From an uncultured Candidatus Saccharibacteria bacterium (GTDB taxonomy: Bacteria > Patescibacteriota > Minisyncoccia > Phycocordibacterales > CAIZLB01), in NCBI GenBank assembly GCA_964467385.1, contig CAYXQC010000002.1, forward strand, positions 1,625 through 65,624: a stretch of DNA of 64,000 nt, given 5' to 3'. Shown in pieces: positions 19,509 to 29,068 of this stretch. Under the pieces are notes generated by a model. That model did no database searches. It had not been told where the DNA came from and worked only from the letters and a program-made list of their open reading frames with translations. Both the position numbers and the translations under genes were made by a program. Each line of letters starts with the position of its first letter. Within the stretch, counting starts at the first letter, position 1.

Positions 19509-19540
19509 GAAAAAAGACTGCAGCAGTGCAGTCTTTTTTG
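19509..19540 (-). terminator. rho-independent terminator after tRNA-Leu
   Basis: Sequence aaaaaagactgcagcagtgcagtctttttt. Same element, in the same relative orientation, as 52575..52606. Confidence 0.7.
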
Positions 19541-19619
19541 TCGTGTGCGCAGGAGAGGACTTGAACCTCCATGCCCTTGCGGGCGCTACCACCTCAAGGT
19601 AGTACGTCTACCAGTTTCG
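19535..19619 (-). tRNA. tRNA-Leu (anticodon GAG), type II with long variable arm
   Basis: Acceptor GCGCAGG/CCTGCGC, anticodon stem CTACC/GGTAG with loop TTGAGGT, and variable arm CGCCCGCAAGGGCAT. Confidence 0.85.
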
Positions 19620-19737
19620 CCACCTGCGCATGTAGACGACATACTACCTAATATTTCGTTTATTTTCAACTTCTTAACGCAAACACCACCCCGCAAGGAG
19701 TGGTGTTTTTACTTATCTTTTTGAACCGAGGAGAAAT

Positions 19738-20214
19738 TTAGGCAGTAGCCTCAGTTACTTCAGTAGCAGCTTCTACCGGGGCTTCGGCGTCTGCTATTGC
19801 AGATCGTGAGCTATCTACTCGCATCATTTCCATTTTCATTCGCTTGCTAATTTCTTTAGCAGCTTTTGCTCGAATGTAGTATAACTTAGCTCGTCGAACT
19901 TTGGCTCGTCTTACTACTTCGATCTTATCAATAATAGGTGAAAATAGAGGGAAAATTCGTTCTACACCGTAACCCATAGAGTTCTTTCGAACTGTGAAGG
20001 TGGCACCTTTTTCAGTACCATGGTTTCGAGAAAGGACCATACCTTCAAATACCTGGAGCCGAGTCTTGCCTTTTTCCTGAATTTTCTGATGAACACGAAC
20101 CGTGTCACCAACCTGCATATCAAAATCCTTAAGATTCTTGTTTACATTCTTAACAATCTTGACCTCTTTTACTGTTTTTGTTGTTGTTTTAGCTGCTGCC
20201 ATATGGAAAGACAA
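19738..20214 (-). CDS. rplS: 50S ribosomal protein L19 (with C-terminal low-complexity extension)
   Basis: Conserved L19 core: [13 protein letters not shown]...TFTVRK...[11 protein letters not shown]. Confidence 0.85.
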   Translation of the reverse strand: MSFHMAAAKTTTKTVKEVKIVKNVNKNLKDFDMQVGDTVRVHQKIQEKGKTRLQVFEGMVLSRNHGTEKGATFTVRKNSMGYGVERIFPLFSPIIDKIEVVRRAKVRRAKLYYIRAKAAKEISKRMKMEMMRVDSSRSAIADAEAPVEAATEVTEATA

Positions 20215-20255
20215 TATAGCAGACCTTGTATTAATAGTAAAGACCCAGTAGGCAA

Positions 20256-20633
20256 TTATTCACTGGCCAAAAGATTCATAATCTCGTCTTTTTGAGCCTT
20301 TGAAACATTCGAGCTTGGCTTAATAAGCTTGAGAATACTAATCCTGGTCTCATCTGACACTTCAGGTCGTTTTCCTTCTAAATCAGCGATAACCTGGTCT
20401 TTTTGTACAACTGGCTGGACAACTTGTTGATTTGCAAGCTGAGCGGGTGGAGTTATGAGCTTGAGAGATATCTGAAACGTAAAATAGATAGAGATAACGA
20501 TTACAATCACCAAAACCCCACCCACTGATACTTTTTTTGCCAATTCATAGAGACTATCTTTATTGGCACCATTGCTATAGTTGCCATTGTCCGGATATGA
20601 ATTTAAGGGTTGATTAGGTTGATTTGGATTCAT
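20256..20633 (-). CDS. hypothetical membrane protein
   Basis: 125 aa with an N/Q/P-rich N-terminus and one TM helix. Confidence 0.4.
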   Translation of the reverse strand: MNPNQPNQPLNSYPDNGNYSNGANKDSLYELAKKVSVGGVLVIVIVISIYFTFQISLKLITPPAQLANQQVVQPVVQKDQVIADLEGKRPEVSDETRISILKLIKPSSNVSKAQKDEIMNLLASE

Positions 20634-20690
20634 GTCATTTTATTCGGCTGAATATTTGTACAAGAAAGTTAAGATCGAGTATTAATTAGA

Positions 20691-21713
20691 TTATCGTTCT
20701 TGGAAACTTGGATTCCTTGTACACTTAAGGTACTTGTGTGCAGTGTCTACCTGCTCATTGTTATCCAAGAATACACCATCTGTACAAGTAAGTTCTGCTT
20801 GTATTGATTCACAAGTTTCCGTCCTACCTGTTGTAAGTGATTTGGTATAGAAAACACCTTTTTGTTTGTTTTCAAATGTTTTACCTCCTCGTGTACACTG
20901 ATTCTTTTCTCTACATCCTAATTCCGTGAGTGTTCCCTTTGAGAGGACACCGTTTGTACAAGTCCGTGTCTCTGAAGCACAAGAACCATCAGCGTCTGGC
21001 TTGCTGTAGAACGTAAAGTTTGAACCGTCAGGAATCACAGTATTGTAAGGGCCAGTACACGAAGCCTGCTTGTAGTTTGTTTGAACACCTGCAAAATCAA
21101 CCCAACCCACCACTGTTGAGCCCCATGCGCATCCATTTTTACAAGGTGTACCAAAAGTCGGAGATGCTGCTCCGGCAGGATTAATTTTCACTCCATTAAG
21201 ATCAATCCACCCGTCCCATCCTCCTCTGTTATCAAGAGGTGTTACGCCATTTTTTGCAACTGGAGGAAATCCGGCAACTGCTCGTACCCATCCTGTCGCT
21301 ATACCATTTACAAGCTTCGCGTTTGTACCACGAGAAGTATCAGGGAAATCCGAAAGGCCACCGAATTGTACCCAGCCAATGTTCTCTGACCATGCGTATC
21401 CGTTCATGTCTCCATTTGAAGCCACAATTACAGGCTTATTTCCGTCCGTAAAAGAAATCCAACCAATATTCTCTGACCACGCATATCCAACAAGACGAAT
21501 GGTAGGGGTTGAAGTAGCCGCACCAGAAGATTGTGCATCTACACTTTGAGGAAATATACCGAGACTAAACTGTGCTGCAAGAATTATGAAAATAAAACAT
21601 ACAGCTAAGGCCGATAATCGTGTAAGAGAAATTTTTGAATGCATGGATTTTAATTTTGCTAATTTCAAAGCGTTAGTCATACACATAAGTATATCAGAAA
21701 TGTGTACATACAA
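20691..21713 (-). CDS. secreted repeat protein (tandem GYAWSENIGW[IV]xF motif, Cys-rich C-terminus)
   Basis: Signal/TM, then two near-identical ~40-aa repeats, then about 14 cysteines. Confidence 0.5.
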   Translation of the reverse strand: MYVHISDILMCMTNALKLAKLKSMHSKISLTRLSALAVCFIFIILAAQFSLGIFPQSVDAQSSGAATSTPTIRLVGYAWSENIGWISFTDGNKPVIVASNGDMNGYAWSENIGWVQFGGLSDFPDTSRGTNAKLVNGIATGWVRAVAGFPPVAKNGVTPLDNRGGWDGWIDLNGVKINPAGAASPTFGTPCKNGCAWGSTVVGWVDFAGVQTNYKQASCTGPYNTVIPDGSNFTFYSKPDADGSCASETRTCTNGVLSKGTLTELGCREKNQCTRGGKTFENKQKGVFYTKSLTTGRTETCESIQAELTCTDGVFLDNNEQVDTAHKYLKCTRNPSFQER

Positions 21714-21828
21714 TTATTTATACACAAAAAACTGTGACTAACTTTTACACCCCTATATTTTAGTGTTCAATTTAACCATCAGAGCCGTAATTATACAGCT
21801 AAAATCTCAAAAAAATCTAACCAACTAT

Positions 21829-22578
21829 TTAATCTGTAATCTTTGCAGCCGCTTGAAAGTCTTCAGGAAGTAATGCTTCTACTTCTATGACCTCACCGTT
21901 GATTCCCTTAAATGAGATCTTAGAAGCATGGAGCGCGTGTCGTTTGAACCCAAGTGCCTGTGGATGATTTGGTGCATACAAGACGTCTGCTACCACTGGG
22001 TGATTTATAGCCTTCATGTGCACACGAATCTGATGAGTACGTCCTGTTTTAGGCTTAATCTCAAGAAATGTGAATTGTTGAGGAATTTTCAAGGTTTTAT
22101 TCATACTCGAATTGAGCGAAAATCTTTTCAAAACTCTATATTCAGTAATCGCCTCACGAAGTTCACCTCGCGCAAATCGCTCAGCTGACCATTTTCTGAA
22201 ATCACTTTTACTTCTCCCAATAGGTCGCAAGATAATTCCCTTATCCTCTTTCACTGTCCCCCATACATGCGCATAGTATGTTTTTTGGATTTTATGTTCT
22301 TGAAATAATTTCTTTAAAAATTCAAAACTTGTTTGATTTTTAGCAACAACAAGTACACCTGATGTATCTTTATCGAGCCTGTGTACAATACCAGGTCTAT
22401 CCAGAACTGTACCATCTTGAAATTTGGCAGGCTCACCTACACCAGTTAAATTTGGGTGATGTTCATGAATCCAGTCACTTACCGTATACTCTTTTGATCG
22501 ACCATCACCATGAACCATTATTCCTGCTGGTTTATTGAGTACAAGAAGATCTTCATTTTCGAAGAGTATAGAGATCAT
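21829..22578 (-). CDS. RluA-family pseudouridine synthase
   Basis: Catalytic-Asp motif HRLDKDTSGVLVVAKN. Confidence 0.85.
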   Translation of the reverse strand: MISILFENEDLLVLNKPAGIMVHGDGRSKEYTVSDWIHEHHPNLTGVGEPAKFQDGTVLDRPGIVHRLDKDTSGVLVVAKNQTSFEFLKKLFQEHKIQKTYYAHVWGTVKEDKGIILRPIGRSKSDFRKWSAERFARGELREAITEYRVLKRFSLNSSMNKTLKIPQQFTFLEIKPKTGRTHQIRVHMKAINHPVVADVLYAPNHPQALGFKRHALHASKISFKGINGEVIEVEALLPEDFQAAAKITD

Positions 22579-22661
22579 ATACCACTCAATCTACCACGTG
22601 AATGTAGGATGGTAAAATTTGATACAAAATCTATTTTAGGTTATAGTAGCAACCACACATT

Positions 22662-22737
22662 GGGAGATTAGCTCAGTTGGTAGAGCAACTCATTTACACT
22701 GAGAAGGTCACAGGTTCGAGTCCTGTATCTCCCACCA
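22662..22737 (+). tRNA. tRNA-Val (anticodon TAC), CCA encoded
   Basis: GGGAGAT-TA-GCTC-AGTTGGTA-GAGC, anticodon loop TTTACAC, T-arm ACAGG-TTCGAGT-CCTGT, then ATCTCCC-A-CCA. Confidence 0.9.
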
Positions 22738-22740
22738 AAT

Positions 22741-22775
22741 AAAATAGTCCAACTTCTGTTGGGCTATTTTATTTC
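22741..22775 (+). terminator. terminator hairpin after tRNA-Val
   Basis: aatagtccaac-ttctg-ttgggctatt followed by a T-run. Confidence 0.6.
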
Positions 22776-22887
22776 TCATGGATATAAGGACGAGAAAGCC
22801 GGAGCGAAGCTGCTATATGAGCGGAGCGAATTGCAGCAAGCGAGGCGGGGTCGACAGGAAAATTGTGTAGCAATTTTAACTGGTGAC

Positions 22888-22908
22888 CGAGTCCTGTATC
22901 TCCCACCA
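22888..22908 (+). repeat. 21-nt exact direct repeat of tRNA-Val 3' end (cgagtcctgtatctcccacca), att-like scar
   Basis: Identical to 22717..22737. A GC-rich non-coding fragment lies between the two copies. Confidence 0.8.
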
Positions 22909-22910
22909 TA

Positions 22911-22947
22911 AAAGAAAAGTCCCTTTAGACAGGGACTTTTCTTTTAT
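22911..22947 (+). terminator. terminator hairpin after the duplicated tRNA end
   Basis: aaaagtccctttagacagggactttt followed by a T-run. Confidence 0.6.
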
Positions 22948-22997
22948 CTCAAGACTGACATGATACTAAGTGGTTAAGCTGGTGGAACAAGACTCCA

Positions 22998-23621
22998 CTA
23001 ATTTCCACTCTGCACCTGACTAATACTCTTACCCCTACAAGTCTCCATCACTGTAGTATATTTTGGACCAGCAGTTCCTGGGTGTATCAATTCCGCAAAT
23101 GAACCATTTGAAAAATTATATGCGATTCCTAGATTACTTCCATTTCCATCATTACCTGCAAAATAGTACACGTGATCTCTTCCGTCTGCATACCCATAAT
23201 CACCACGAGAAGCAAGATCAAGATATACTTCAAAATTTCCATTTTTACACTTTACCCAATTAGGCCAACCTGCAAGTTTTTGTTCCCCAGTAGAACTTCC
23301 CCCTCCAATAACCGTATTTACTCCCCCTGTACCTCCTGAGAACGTACTCCATGTTGCCTTACCTTCAGCATCAGAAATAAGTACTTTACCAGCACCTTCA
23401 GAGCCATCAATGAGTTGGAATTTTCCAAACACTGCCAATCCTCCAAGACCAAGTTTACCTAATTTGTTTTGATTACTGATAGACACGTTGAGTGGTGCAG
23501 GAGTGTTGTTTGAAGGAGGATTTGAAGGAGCAGCAGTCCACGCCAGTGCTACAGGCACACCCGCAAAGAGTACGAGGGATGTGATGATTGTTTTGATGTT
23601 GTTTGAGTTAATAAATTTCAT
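22998..23621 (-). CDS. secreted protein, paralog 1 (conserved N-terminal W.AAPSNPPSNN...GGLAVFG module)
   Basis: Signal peptide plus N-terminal module shared with 23633..24355; Gly/Asn-rich. Confidence 0.5.
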   Translation of the reverse strand: MKFINSNNIKTIITSLVLFAGVPVALAWTAAPSNPPSNNTPAPLNVSISNQNKLGKLGLGGLAVFGKFQLIDGSEGAGKVLISDAEGKATWSTFSGGTGGVNTVIGGGSSTGEQKLAGWPNWVKCKNGNFEVYLDLASRGDYGYADGRDHVYYFAGNDGNGSNLGIAYNFSNGSFAELIHPGTAGPKYTTVMETCRGKSISQVQSGN

Positions 23622-23632
23622 ATTGGTTTTTA

Positions 23633-24355
23633 TTAGAATTTAGTAAATGCAGGATCATTGATAGACTTACCAATATCAAAGCATGGTGCATATTCTTTAG
23701 GAATTTGACCACCGCTCATATAGTCGCCGTTTCCGTGGACGATAAGTGATTTCTTTGTTGATGCATCAAAGAAGATAGAAATAAGTCCGCCAATCTGACC
23801 ATAAATATATCCAGGCTGAGAAGAGTATCTTTCTTGCCCCTTCGGGAAATACCCAACAAGTGGGAGCATGTATTTTCGTCCTGTTGTAGCATTACACATG
23901 ATTACATTTGGCCAACCACTAATATACTGACCACCACTTGATACACTTGACGCATTACTTGTAACTGTATTTACTCCAGGACCACCAAGTGTAGTTACAC
24001 AATTTGTGCCAAACTGATCACAGTACTCAGCTGCACCGACCGCACCGTTTACACCAAGGAGAAAGTTCGTCTTACCAGCAGGAGCTGTATACGTAGTATC
24101 TTTGGAGAAAGTTCCGATACCAGTAAAAACACTTGAACCAAAGACTGCAAGACCTCCAACCCCAAGTACACCGTCTTTTGCCTGACTTACATTACTGACA
24201 TTTACTGGTGGTTGTACATTGTTTGATGGTGGATTAGCTGGCGCAGGTTTCCATGTTGAAGCTGCATTTGTGTAAACAATATTGATTCCGAATGCTACTA
24301 ACAAAATTGCAGCGATCGATGTGATTTGTTTTATTCTTGGTGTGGTGTAATTCAT
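23633..24355 (-). CDS. secreted protein, paralog 2
   Basis: N-terminal module shared with 22998..23621: WKPAPANPPSNNVQPPVNVS...GVGGLAVFG. Confidence 0.5.
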   Translation of the reverse strand: MNYTTPRIKQITSIAAILLVAFGINIVYTNAASTWKPAPANPPSNNVQPPVNVSNVSQAKDGVLGVGGLAVFGSSVFTGIGTFSKDTTYTAPAGKTNFLLGVNGAVGAAEYCDQFGTNCVTTLGGPGVNTVTSNASSVSSGGQYISGWPNVIMCNATTGRKYMLPLVGYFPKGQERYSSQPGYIYGQIGGLISIFFDASTKKSLIVHGNGDYMSGGQIPKEYAPCFDIGKSINDPAFTKF

Positions 24356-24479
24356 GTGTATGGATATGTATATATCACCATTTTATCATGATTATTTTTT
24401 GCGTGTAGAATTTTATACACTTTTAGTCGTTACCTTTCATCTTTACATATCCTCTATCGTTTATTTTCAAATTTTCATA

Positions 24480-25793
24480 CTACCGTCTATCATCACGTAC
24501 TTTTGAGAGCACATAGAGGCCTATCAAAATAAAAACGGTGATGACGAGTATAGCGATTCGGTAGCGAAGACTACCTAAAGAAATCAATCCGGTCACTACC
24601 CCACCCCATACAAGTGGGCCGAGAAGTGACGATGCTCGCTCAACCAATCCAAAATATGCAAAAGTTAAATTTCGATCTCGTTCAGGTGCAAGATAAGACA
24701 TCACAGACCGAGACACTGTCCAATTGGCACCAAACCAAAATCCCATAAACACAGTAGCCATGAAGAATACATAAAAAATATTTAAAAAACCTATAGTAGG
24801 TAATAAAAATACCCACCCCGCCAGAATCCAAAACAATGTCCTCCGATGACCAAACCTATCAGCGATATATCCAGAAACAAGCCCTCCTATTGCTGATGAG
24901 ATAACGATTCCGGCCAAAATTCCCGTCTTCACAGTGTCTGATACACCCCAAACCTGTTCCAGAAAAATTGGAAAATTATTTGCAGCAGTTACAATTGCAT
25001 CATTGAAAAGAAAATATGCGAGCATAAATAAACCAACACCTTGAACTTTTAGAAGTTCTTTAGTTTTTATATATGTATTTTTGAAAATTTCTTGAGCATT
25101 AAAATTGTTTGAATTGTGTAATATACCTAGACCATTCGAGTTATTCAACTTAACCATTTCATCTGCATCACTTTTTTCCTCTTTTAAGAACAGGAGCACA
25201 GGTAGTGCACATAGCATGAAGATAAGGGTTGCAGGAAGAAACGTTTCGACTCGTGCAGAAATTGCCATTTCCTCTGAAAACAATCCGATGATCTTCCATA
25301 CACCTCTAGCAAATGGCAGAGCCAGAACCAGACCAACAAACTGACCTAGATAATTTGCCGCGATTCCATATCCGGAAACTCTACCAATATTTTCCTTTGT
25401 GGATACACTATAGATAAGTGGTGTATAGAAAGTGAATGATAAAAGGTATGTAAAAAATCCAACCGTGTACGTTACCAACGAATACTCTACATTCCCCATT
25501 GCAGCAAAATAAACAGTAAGAAGATAAAATAAAATTGTAAACCCTGTACTATATCTAAGCCCACTCAATCGCGAATATCCTTTATCCAGAAAAACTCCAG
25601 TAAACGGTACTGTACAGAGAAGCAACAAGGCTGTTATGGTAAAAATAAGATTAAAAGAAAGATCAGACAATCCCTTTTCTACAACAATCCATTGCGTAAA
25701 ATAGAGAAAAAACACAATAGAAACAATAGAGTTCGCAAAATCATAGAGAACCCACAAGATCATGTTTCGTCGCATCACTTTGTCGTTATTCAT
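24480..25793 (-). CDS. MFS transporter, UMF1/Atg22-like family
   Basis: N-terminal WVLYDFANS hallmark and about 12 TM helices. Confidence 0.7.
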   Translation of the reverse strand: MNNDKVMRRNMILWVLYDFANSIVSIVFFLYFTQWIVVEKGLSDLSFNLIFTITALLLLCTVPFTGVFLDKGYSRLSGLRYSTGFTILFYLLTVYFAAMGNVEYSLVTYTVGFFTYLLSFTFYTPLIYSVSTKENIGRVSGYGIAANYLGQFVGLVLALPFARGVWKIIGLFSEEMAISARVETFLPATLIFMLCALPVLLFLKEEKSDADEMVKLNNSNGLGILHNSNNFNAQEIFKNTYIKTKELLKVQGVGLFMLAYFLFNDAIVTAANNFPIFLEQVWGVSDTVKTGILAGIVISSAIGGLVSGYIADRFGHRRTLFWILAGWVFLLPTIGFLNIFYVFFMATVFMGFWFGANWTVSRSVMSYLAPERDRNLTFAYFGLVERASSLLGPLVWGGVVTGLISLGSLRYRIAILVITVFILIGLYVLSKVRDDRR

Positions 25794-25810
25794 GCAAACC
25801 TATTATAACG

Positions 25811-27022
25811 CTACTTATTAAGCTCCGATCTTGTCTTTGGACCTACCGTCCCTGTTTGCAAGATCTTGTATTTCTTTTGAAACGCTTTTACACCCGCTTG
25901 AGTCTGGGATCCAAAAGTCCCAGTTACTGGACCTGAGTACACTCCAGCTACGGTTAATCTCTTTTGTAGCTCAGTGACAGCCATACCTTTTGATCCAATT
26001 TTTAAATCTGTTGTAAATGTGTATTTTTTTACACCCACACTAGTAGTATTTGAAGTTGTGGCAACACGAATAACAGTAGGCGTGGTAGCCTGTACACTAT
26101 TTGATATACCACTTGATACCGTAATAGAAAAAGTTGTTTCCGAAACATTCGATCCTTCAGTTGTCATAACCGTTACTATGTGGTGGCCAACATCTACCCT
26201 CTCTGGTTTCCATACAAAGTTATTGTCTTCTATTTTTGCTGAATCAATCGTATTTCCTCGAAACGAGTCGCGAATACTGTATGTTGGTGATGATATTCCG
26301 TATATTTTAAAAGGAATTCTGATTATGGTTTCTGCTTCAACTGACCCTGGAACTGATTCAAACTTAATACCATTTACCGTGATTGTCTGATAGACAGTAT
26401 CTCTTCTACCTTGTGAATTAGTTACAGTTATTTGAATATTATGTACACCAACATCGTTCTTTGTTGGTTTCCAATTGAAATTACCATACGCATCTATATT
26501 TGCATTTGAAATACTTGTACCACTGAAAGAATCATACACATAGTAGTTTGGTGAGGTATACCCAAGGGCAGCCACACCAAAAGAGACACTTTCATCCGGG
26601 AATGCACTTGTGCGAGAAATGTTTTTAATAGACACCGACGAGGCTTGTACAATGGTAAAGTTTTGAGTGAGCGTTGTCTTTGTATTGTTTTGGTCAATTA
26701 CGGTAAATATAAGAGTATGAGTTCCAATATCTTGTTCTTGTGGCGTCCAATTAAAATATCCAGCTTGTGTAATATTTGAATTTGAAACAGTACTCTGTGG
26801 GGAGTCATCAAATATGGTGTATTTGAGGCCATATGCTTCAGTATCAAACTTAAAGGAAACAGTTGTACCTACCGGAATCGTAGTACTTGGAGAAATGATA
26901 CCAATTTTTACAGTAGCAGCATTAACACAAAAAGGATTAAGCAGGAATAGACCAAAGATAAAGAGTAAGGCGAACTTCATTCTAAATTTAAGAAATTTTG
27001 AAGTTTTTTTCATACACAACAT
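25811..27022 (-). CDS. secreted Ig-like repeat protein with C-terminal peptidoglycan-binding (PGBD_1) domain
   Basis: Four repeats of about 75 aa (DSF.G..I..A.I...F.WKP...D.G.H), then KGMAVTELQKRL...GPVTGTFGSQTQAGVKAFQKKY. Confidence 0.6.
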   Translation of the reverse strand: MLCMKKTSKFLKFRMKFALLFIFGLFLLNPFCVNAATVKIGIISPSTTIPVGTTVSFKFDTEAYGLKYTIFDDSPQSTVSNSNITQAGYFNWTPQEQDIGTHTLIFTVIDQNNTKTTLTQNFTIVQASSVSIKNISRTSAFPDESVSFGVAALGYTSPNYYVYDSFSGTSISNANIDAYGNFNWKPTKNDVGVHNIQITVTNSQGRRDTVYQTITVNGIKFESVPGSVEAETIIRIPFKIYGISSPTYSIRDSFRGNTIDSAKIEDNNFVWKPERVDVGHHIVTVMTTEGSNVSETTFSITVSSGISNSVQATTPTVIRVATTSNTTSVGVKKYTFTTDLKIGSKGMAVTELQKRLTVAGVYSGPVTGTFGSQTQAGVKAFQKKYKILQTGTVGPKTRSELNK

Positions 27023-27073
27023 TATATACTATGCAATTTTTATTTTTCTGTTTGTGCTATTATTTAGATAACT

Positions 27074-27409
27074 ATGGAACCAATAAACGAAATACCACGG
27101 TCGCAAGATTTTTCTAAAATTATTAACAGGGTAATTGTAGGTATACTACTTTTAGTCGTTATTGCTATGACAGCGACATATGCGTTTTTTGGTGCAAAAG
27201 ATTATTTTAAGAAGCCTGAACCAATCGCAGAGATACCTACGTCAAAAGACTGGAGTGCTGAAGAAAGAGAAGTCGTAATCGGAGACCTCGAATCATTGCC
27301 TGACCCTGTTACCGACGATGAGGCACTAAAGAAACTAAAAGTTCTTCCTGAGGCTTCGGGCAGCACAAAGACACCACAGGAGAGAGAGGATATCTTACGG
27401 AATTTATAA
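27074..27409 (+). CDS. small membrane protein
   Basis: 111 aa with a single TM helix. Confidence 0.35.
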   Translation: MEPINEIPRSQDFSKIINRVIVGILLLVVIAMTATYAFFGAKDYFKKPEPIAEIPTSKDWSAEEREVVIGDLESLPDPVTDDEALKKLKVLPEASGSTKTPQEREDILRNL

Positions 27410-27430
27410 TCACTTTCAGTTTTTTTTATC

Positions 27431-27505
27431 TGGTGCCCCCGGTTGGAATCGAACCAACATTGACGGCTTAGAAGTCCGCAGTTCTATCCATTGAACTACA
27501 GGGGC
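27431..27505 (-). tRNA. tRNA-Arg (anticodon TCT), CCA encoded
   Basis: GCCCCTG-TA-GTTC-AATGGATA-GAAC, anticodon loop CTTCTAA, T-arm GTTGG-TTCGATT-CCAAC. Position 31:39 is A:G. Confidence 0.75.
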
Positions 27506-27588
27506 ATATTCTTGCACATATACTATATTACTTGCGCGAAGCCGATTGTATCACGGCTTTAGACCATCTTCCACTCATGACAAAAATA

Positions 27589-27933
27589 CTACTTTGTAGC
27601 AGTGGATGAAGCGAGGTTGGGCTGAGATCGTACTGTTCCGTTTAGGTAACCAGCATTCTTCTTTGAGCGAATATCAAAGTTATTTAGAATCTTGTTAATC
27701 TGCTGATCTTTACTCTGGTTTGCACCTTCAACACTTTGTGGAGAAGAACTATCACCTGTAGAAACTATACTTTTTTCAGCATCAAAGAAAAACAGAACAC
27801 TAAGAAGTACACCAACAATCATACAAGTTACCAGTCCAAAAAAAACCCTTTCCCAGTCGACTTCAGGATTTGTTGTGAAGATTGAAATTTTCTTTGAGAA
27901 TTTTTTTAATTTTTCTTTAAATGTTTCGTTCAT
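27589..27933 (-). CDS. small membrane protein in pilMNO operon (possible PilP-like)
   Basis: 114 aa with one TM helix, immediately downstream of the pilO-like gene. Confidence 0.35.
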   Translation of the reverse strand: MNETFKEKLKKFSKKISIFTTNPEVDWERVFFGLVTCMIVGVLLSVLFFFDAEKSIVSTGDSSSPQSVEGANQSKDQQINKILNNFDIRSKKNAGYLNGTVRSQPNLASSTATK

Positions 27934-27938
27934 GTGTA

Positions 27939-28460
27939 TTACTTAAATTTTACAATTGAAAAAACAACTCCCAATCTCCACACTCCCCCATTTTCCACGA
28001 TCTCCGCACGCTCAATATTCACAGCAAATGGAAGCGATTCAAGATATCCAACAAACCGAAGCACGTTCGACCATGAGCCAGAGACAGTCATATCAAGTTT
28101 AAGTAAATCCTTATTTTGTGTTGCAAGTGAATCGACATCAATAGTGTCTATCGAGTTTGTGACATACTGAAGTGACAATCTGCTCGCAGAGTTTTCAATA
28201 ATAGATACAACATCAATAGCACCATCTTTTGTAACAAAAAACTTGCTGAGTTTTTTCTTGTCTTCAGATGTAGTATCAGCTGATTTTGTAAGGTCTTGCT
28301 CGTGAGCCAGTCGAAGCTCTTTTGTTCGAAGTTCATCTTTTAGGGTATTAGTTCTATCAATCAAACCAAAAATCTGATCATACGCATAAGCATATCCACC
28401 TATCGTAACCAGTGCGATAATAATAGAGAGTGTAAGTGATGTTGAGGTCTTAAGATTCAT
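27939..28460 (-). CDS. pilO: type IV pilus assembly protein PilO-like
   Basis: 173 aa with an N-terminal TM and a coiled coil, in the third position of the pilM/N/O order. Confidence 0.55.
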   Translation of the reverse strand: MNLKTSTSLTLSIIIALVTIGGYAYAYDQIFGLIDRTNTLKDELRTKELRLAHEQDLTKSADTTSEDKKKLSKFFVTKDGAIDVVSIIENSASRLSLQYVTNSIDTIDVDSLATQNKDLLKLDMTVSGSWSNVLRFVGYLESLPFAVNIERAEIVENGGVWRLGVVFSIVKFK

Positions 28461-29031
28461 GTGATTTTGTTGTAGTGCTTACAATCAATTTCATTGAAAA
28501 AGTAATATCTTTATCTTTGGCAAAATTAGACAAAGGGACCGTCACACTGCTGAAAAAAGTGTCGATCTTCATTTTTTCCTGAAAAGAGACAAGGTCTTTT
28601 CTAGTTTTTGCCACACCTGAAAGGTCGATAATCAAGGGAGATACAGGAATTTCAGCAGAAACAGTCTGGCTTGGTGTAAAAACTAAACCCCGGAGAGCAA
28701 TACCGTCTGGCTTCGCTGCCACAATACCTTCGATTATCGGCAAAATTGGTTTTTGGTTAGCAAAGAGATTGAGTGCGGATATTGAATCAGAAATATCACG
28801 AAGATCTGCAACTGAAGTATCTGTATTTTTGGCACCCAATTCACTTTCAACAACAGCCAGTCGACTATGGATTTCGCTATATTTTCCGTAAGAAATAATA
28901 AAAGTTGGCAACAAAAGAACTGCACTTATGAAAATAATAGCTGCGAGACCTAAGAGTGAAACGACAAGAATCCGTTTTCGGTATTCCTTAACAATTTTTT
29001 GTCGATGTTCTTCAGTTAAAAGATGGAGCAT
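28450..29031 (-). CDS. pilN: type IV pilus assembly protein PilN-like
   Basis: 193 aa with a single N-terminal TM, directly after pilM. Confidence 0.6.
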   Translation of the reverse strand: MLHLLTEEHRQKIVKEYRKRILVVSLLGLAAIIFISAVLLLPTFIISYGKYSEIHSRLAVVESELGAKNTDTSVADLRDISDSISALNLFANQKPILPIIEGIVAAKPDGIALRGLVFTPSQTVSAEIPVSPLIIDLSGVAKTRKDLVSFQEKMKIDTFFSSVTVPLSNFAKDKDITFSMKLIVSTTTKSHES

Positions 29032-29068
29032 GTGTGTGAATTATATCATGCCTGTCGATTAACTATTT

